This document shows positions 35,042 to 36,301 of a stretch of 36,301 nt of DNA, one piece after another (within the stretch, counting starts at the first letter, position 1; the number at the start of each line of letters is the position of its first letter). The notes under the pieces were generated by a model that ran no database searches, was not told the DNA's origin, and saw only the letters and a list, made by a program, of their open reading frames with translations. A program made the position numbers and the translations under genes. Origin of the DNA: Trueperaceae bacterium (GTDB lineage: Bacteria; Deinococcota; Deinococci; Deinococcales; Trueperaceae); contig DASSXV010000003.1 of NCBI GenBank assembly GCA_035703635.1, positions 1 to 36,301 on the forward strand, in the 5' to 3' direction.

Positions 35042-36301
35042 GTGAACCTACCAAACCACCGTCGCTACACCACCCAGTTCGGGGGGCGAGAACTCGTCAT
35101 CGAGACCGGCAAGCTCGCCAAGCAGGCCGCCGGCAGCGTCACCGTGCGCTACGGCGACACCCTGGTGCTCGTCACCGCCCAGATGAGCGACGGAGCTTCA
35201 CCCGTCCCGTTCCTCCCACTCACCGTCGAGTACGAGGAGCGGCACTACGCCATCGGCAAGATCCCCGGCTCCTTCATGCGTCGCGAGGGCCGGCCAGGCA
35301 TCCAGGGCACCCTTAACGCCCGCATCGTCGACCGTCAGATCCGCCCCCTCTTCCCCAAGGGCCTGCGCAACGAGGTGCAGGTCATCGTCACGGTGCTCTC
35401 GGCCGACCAGGTGAACGACCCTGCTCCCCTCGCCGCCATCGGCGCGTCGGCCGCGTTGTCCATCTCTGACGTGCCCTGGAACGGGCCAACTGCATGCTGC
35501 ACCGTCGGCTTCGACGGCACTGACTACCTCGCGAACCCGAGCATGCGCCGCCTGCATGACGGCGGTTCGCAGCTCGAGCTGACCGTTGCCGCGTCCAAGG
35601 ACGCCGTGCTGATGGTCGAGGCCGCCGCTGACGAGCTGCAAGAGGACGTCATGGTCGGCGCCATCGAGTTCGCGCAAGACCTACTCGCGCCCGTCGTCGC
35701 CCTCATAGAGCGCATGCGCACCGAGATCGGCAGCGAGAAGCGCGGCTTCACGCCTGCTCTCGAGCTCTCCGCCGAGGTCGCTGACAACGTCGAGCGGGCC
35801 GTGAGCGGCAAGCTGCGCGACGCCCTCCTCACCCAAGGCAAGCACGAGCGCTCCGAGACCCTCAAGGCGCTGCGCGACGAGGTCATCGCTCGCTTCGTGC
35901 CGGACGCCACCGTTGCGGACGCCGCTCACCAGATCAACGAGGTGAAGGCCGCGTTCGACAAGGCCGAGCAGGCCGAGATGCGCCGTCTCGTCCTCGAGGA
36001 GAACCTCCGCACCGACGGCCGCACCTCGGATCAGGTGCGCCCCATCTGGATCGAGACGGGCGTGCTGCCGATGGCGCACGGTTCCGCGGTGTTCACGCGC
36101 GGCGAGACGCAGGTCCTCGGCGTTGCCACCCTGGGGACCGGCCGCGACAACCGCCTCGTTGACGACCTGACGCTCGACGACAGCGAAGAGTTCATGCTGC
36201 ACTACAACTTCCCGCCCTTCTCGACAGGCGAAGTCAAGCGCCTGCGCGGTACTGGGCGCCGCGAACTGGGCCACGGCAACCTCGCGCGCCGCGCGCTCGT
36301 C
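35042..36301 (+). CDS. pnp: Polyribonucleotide nucleotidyltransferase, N-terminal part (runs off the window; absent from the ORF track)
   Basis: Translated by hand from GTG 35042 (SD GAAGGAG): ETGKLAKQAAGSV, FLPLTVEYEER, GKIPGSFMRREGRP, RTDGR, HGSAVFTRGETQ, LHYNFPPFSTGE, RRELGHGNLARRAL. Confidence 0.97.
   Translation, partial: MNLPNHRRYTTQFGGRELVIETGKLAKQAAGSVTVRYGDTLVLVTAQMSDGASPVPFLPLTVEYEERHYAIGKIPGSFMRREGRPGIQGTLNARIVDRQIRPLFPKGLRNEVQVIVTVLSADQVNDPAPLAAIGASAALSISDVPWNGPTACCTVGFDGTDYLANPSMRRLHDGGSQLELTVAASKDAVLMVEAAADELQEDVMVGAIEFAQDLLAPVVALIERMRTEIGSEKRGFTPALELSAEVADNVERAVSGKLRDALLTQGKHERSETLKALRDEVIARFVPDATVADAAHQINEVKAAFDKAEQAEMRRLVLEENLRTDGRTSDQVRPIWIETGVLPMAHGSAVFTRGETQVLGVATLGTGRDNRLVDDLTLDDSEEFMLHYNFPPFSTGEVKRLRGTGRRELGHGNLARRALV

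Noticed and set aside
34839..35045. 68-codon ORF ending in a GTGA overlap with the pnp start
   Set aside because: No SD and no recognisable protein; the TGA arises automatically from pnp's GTG-A; the region is better explained as structured RNA (ribosome profiling could overturn this)

Overview
GC-rich bacterial core-genome segment. Protein signatures (Thermus-like AsnRS/SmpB, Cys-type MurB SAGCAFKNP, a degenerate PriA, many leaderless TANNNT-N6/7-start promoters) point to Deinococcota, plausibly Trueperaceae-like (inference). Order: hisS (5' truncated)-aspS-Cof-type HAD-asnS (+); priA-smpB-amidase-GerMN-like (-); purM (+); luxS-OmpR-family RR-sensor kinase (-); NYN (LabA/DUF88) protein; orphan BMP-family binding protein; RNase P RNA; a dcw cluster mraZ-rsmH-ftsL-ftsI-murF-mraY-murD-ftsW-murG-murC-murB-ftsQ-ftsA-ftsZ lacking murE and ddl; Nudix-ribF; rlmB; S9 peptidase; rpsO; pnp (3' truncated). 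I saw no mobile elements, CRISPR arrays, tRNAs or rRNAs. Most notable observations: (1) MraY has lost the normally invariant MGD aspartate and the DDxxK lysine and has gained a Glu one helical turn downstream; (2) PriA lacks its ATPase motifs; (3) FtsI has a minimal pedestal; (4) an AmiC-like amidase is paired with a GerMN-like membrane protein; (5) luxS, a two-component system and an orphan periplasmic binding protein are neighbours; (6) structured leaders precede the BMP gene, rpsO and pnp, and two intergenic regions share a near-identical small hairpin. All functional interpretations are untested hypotheses from manual reading.
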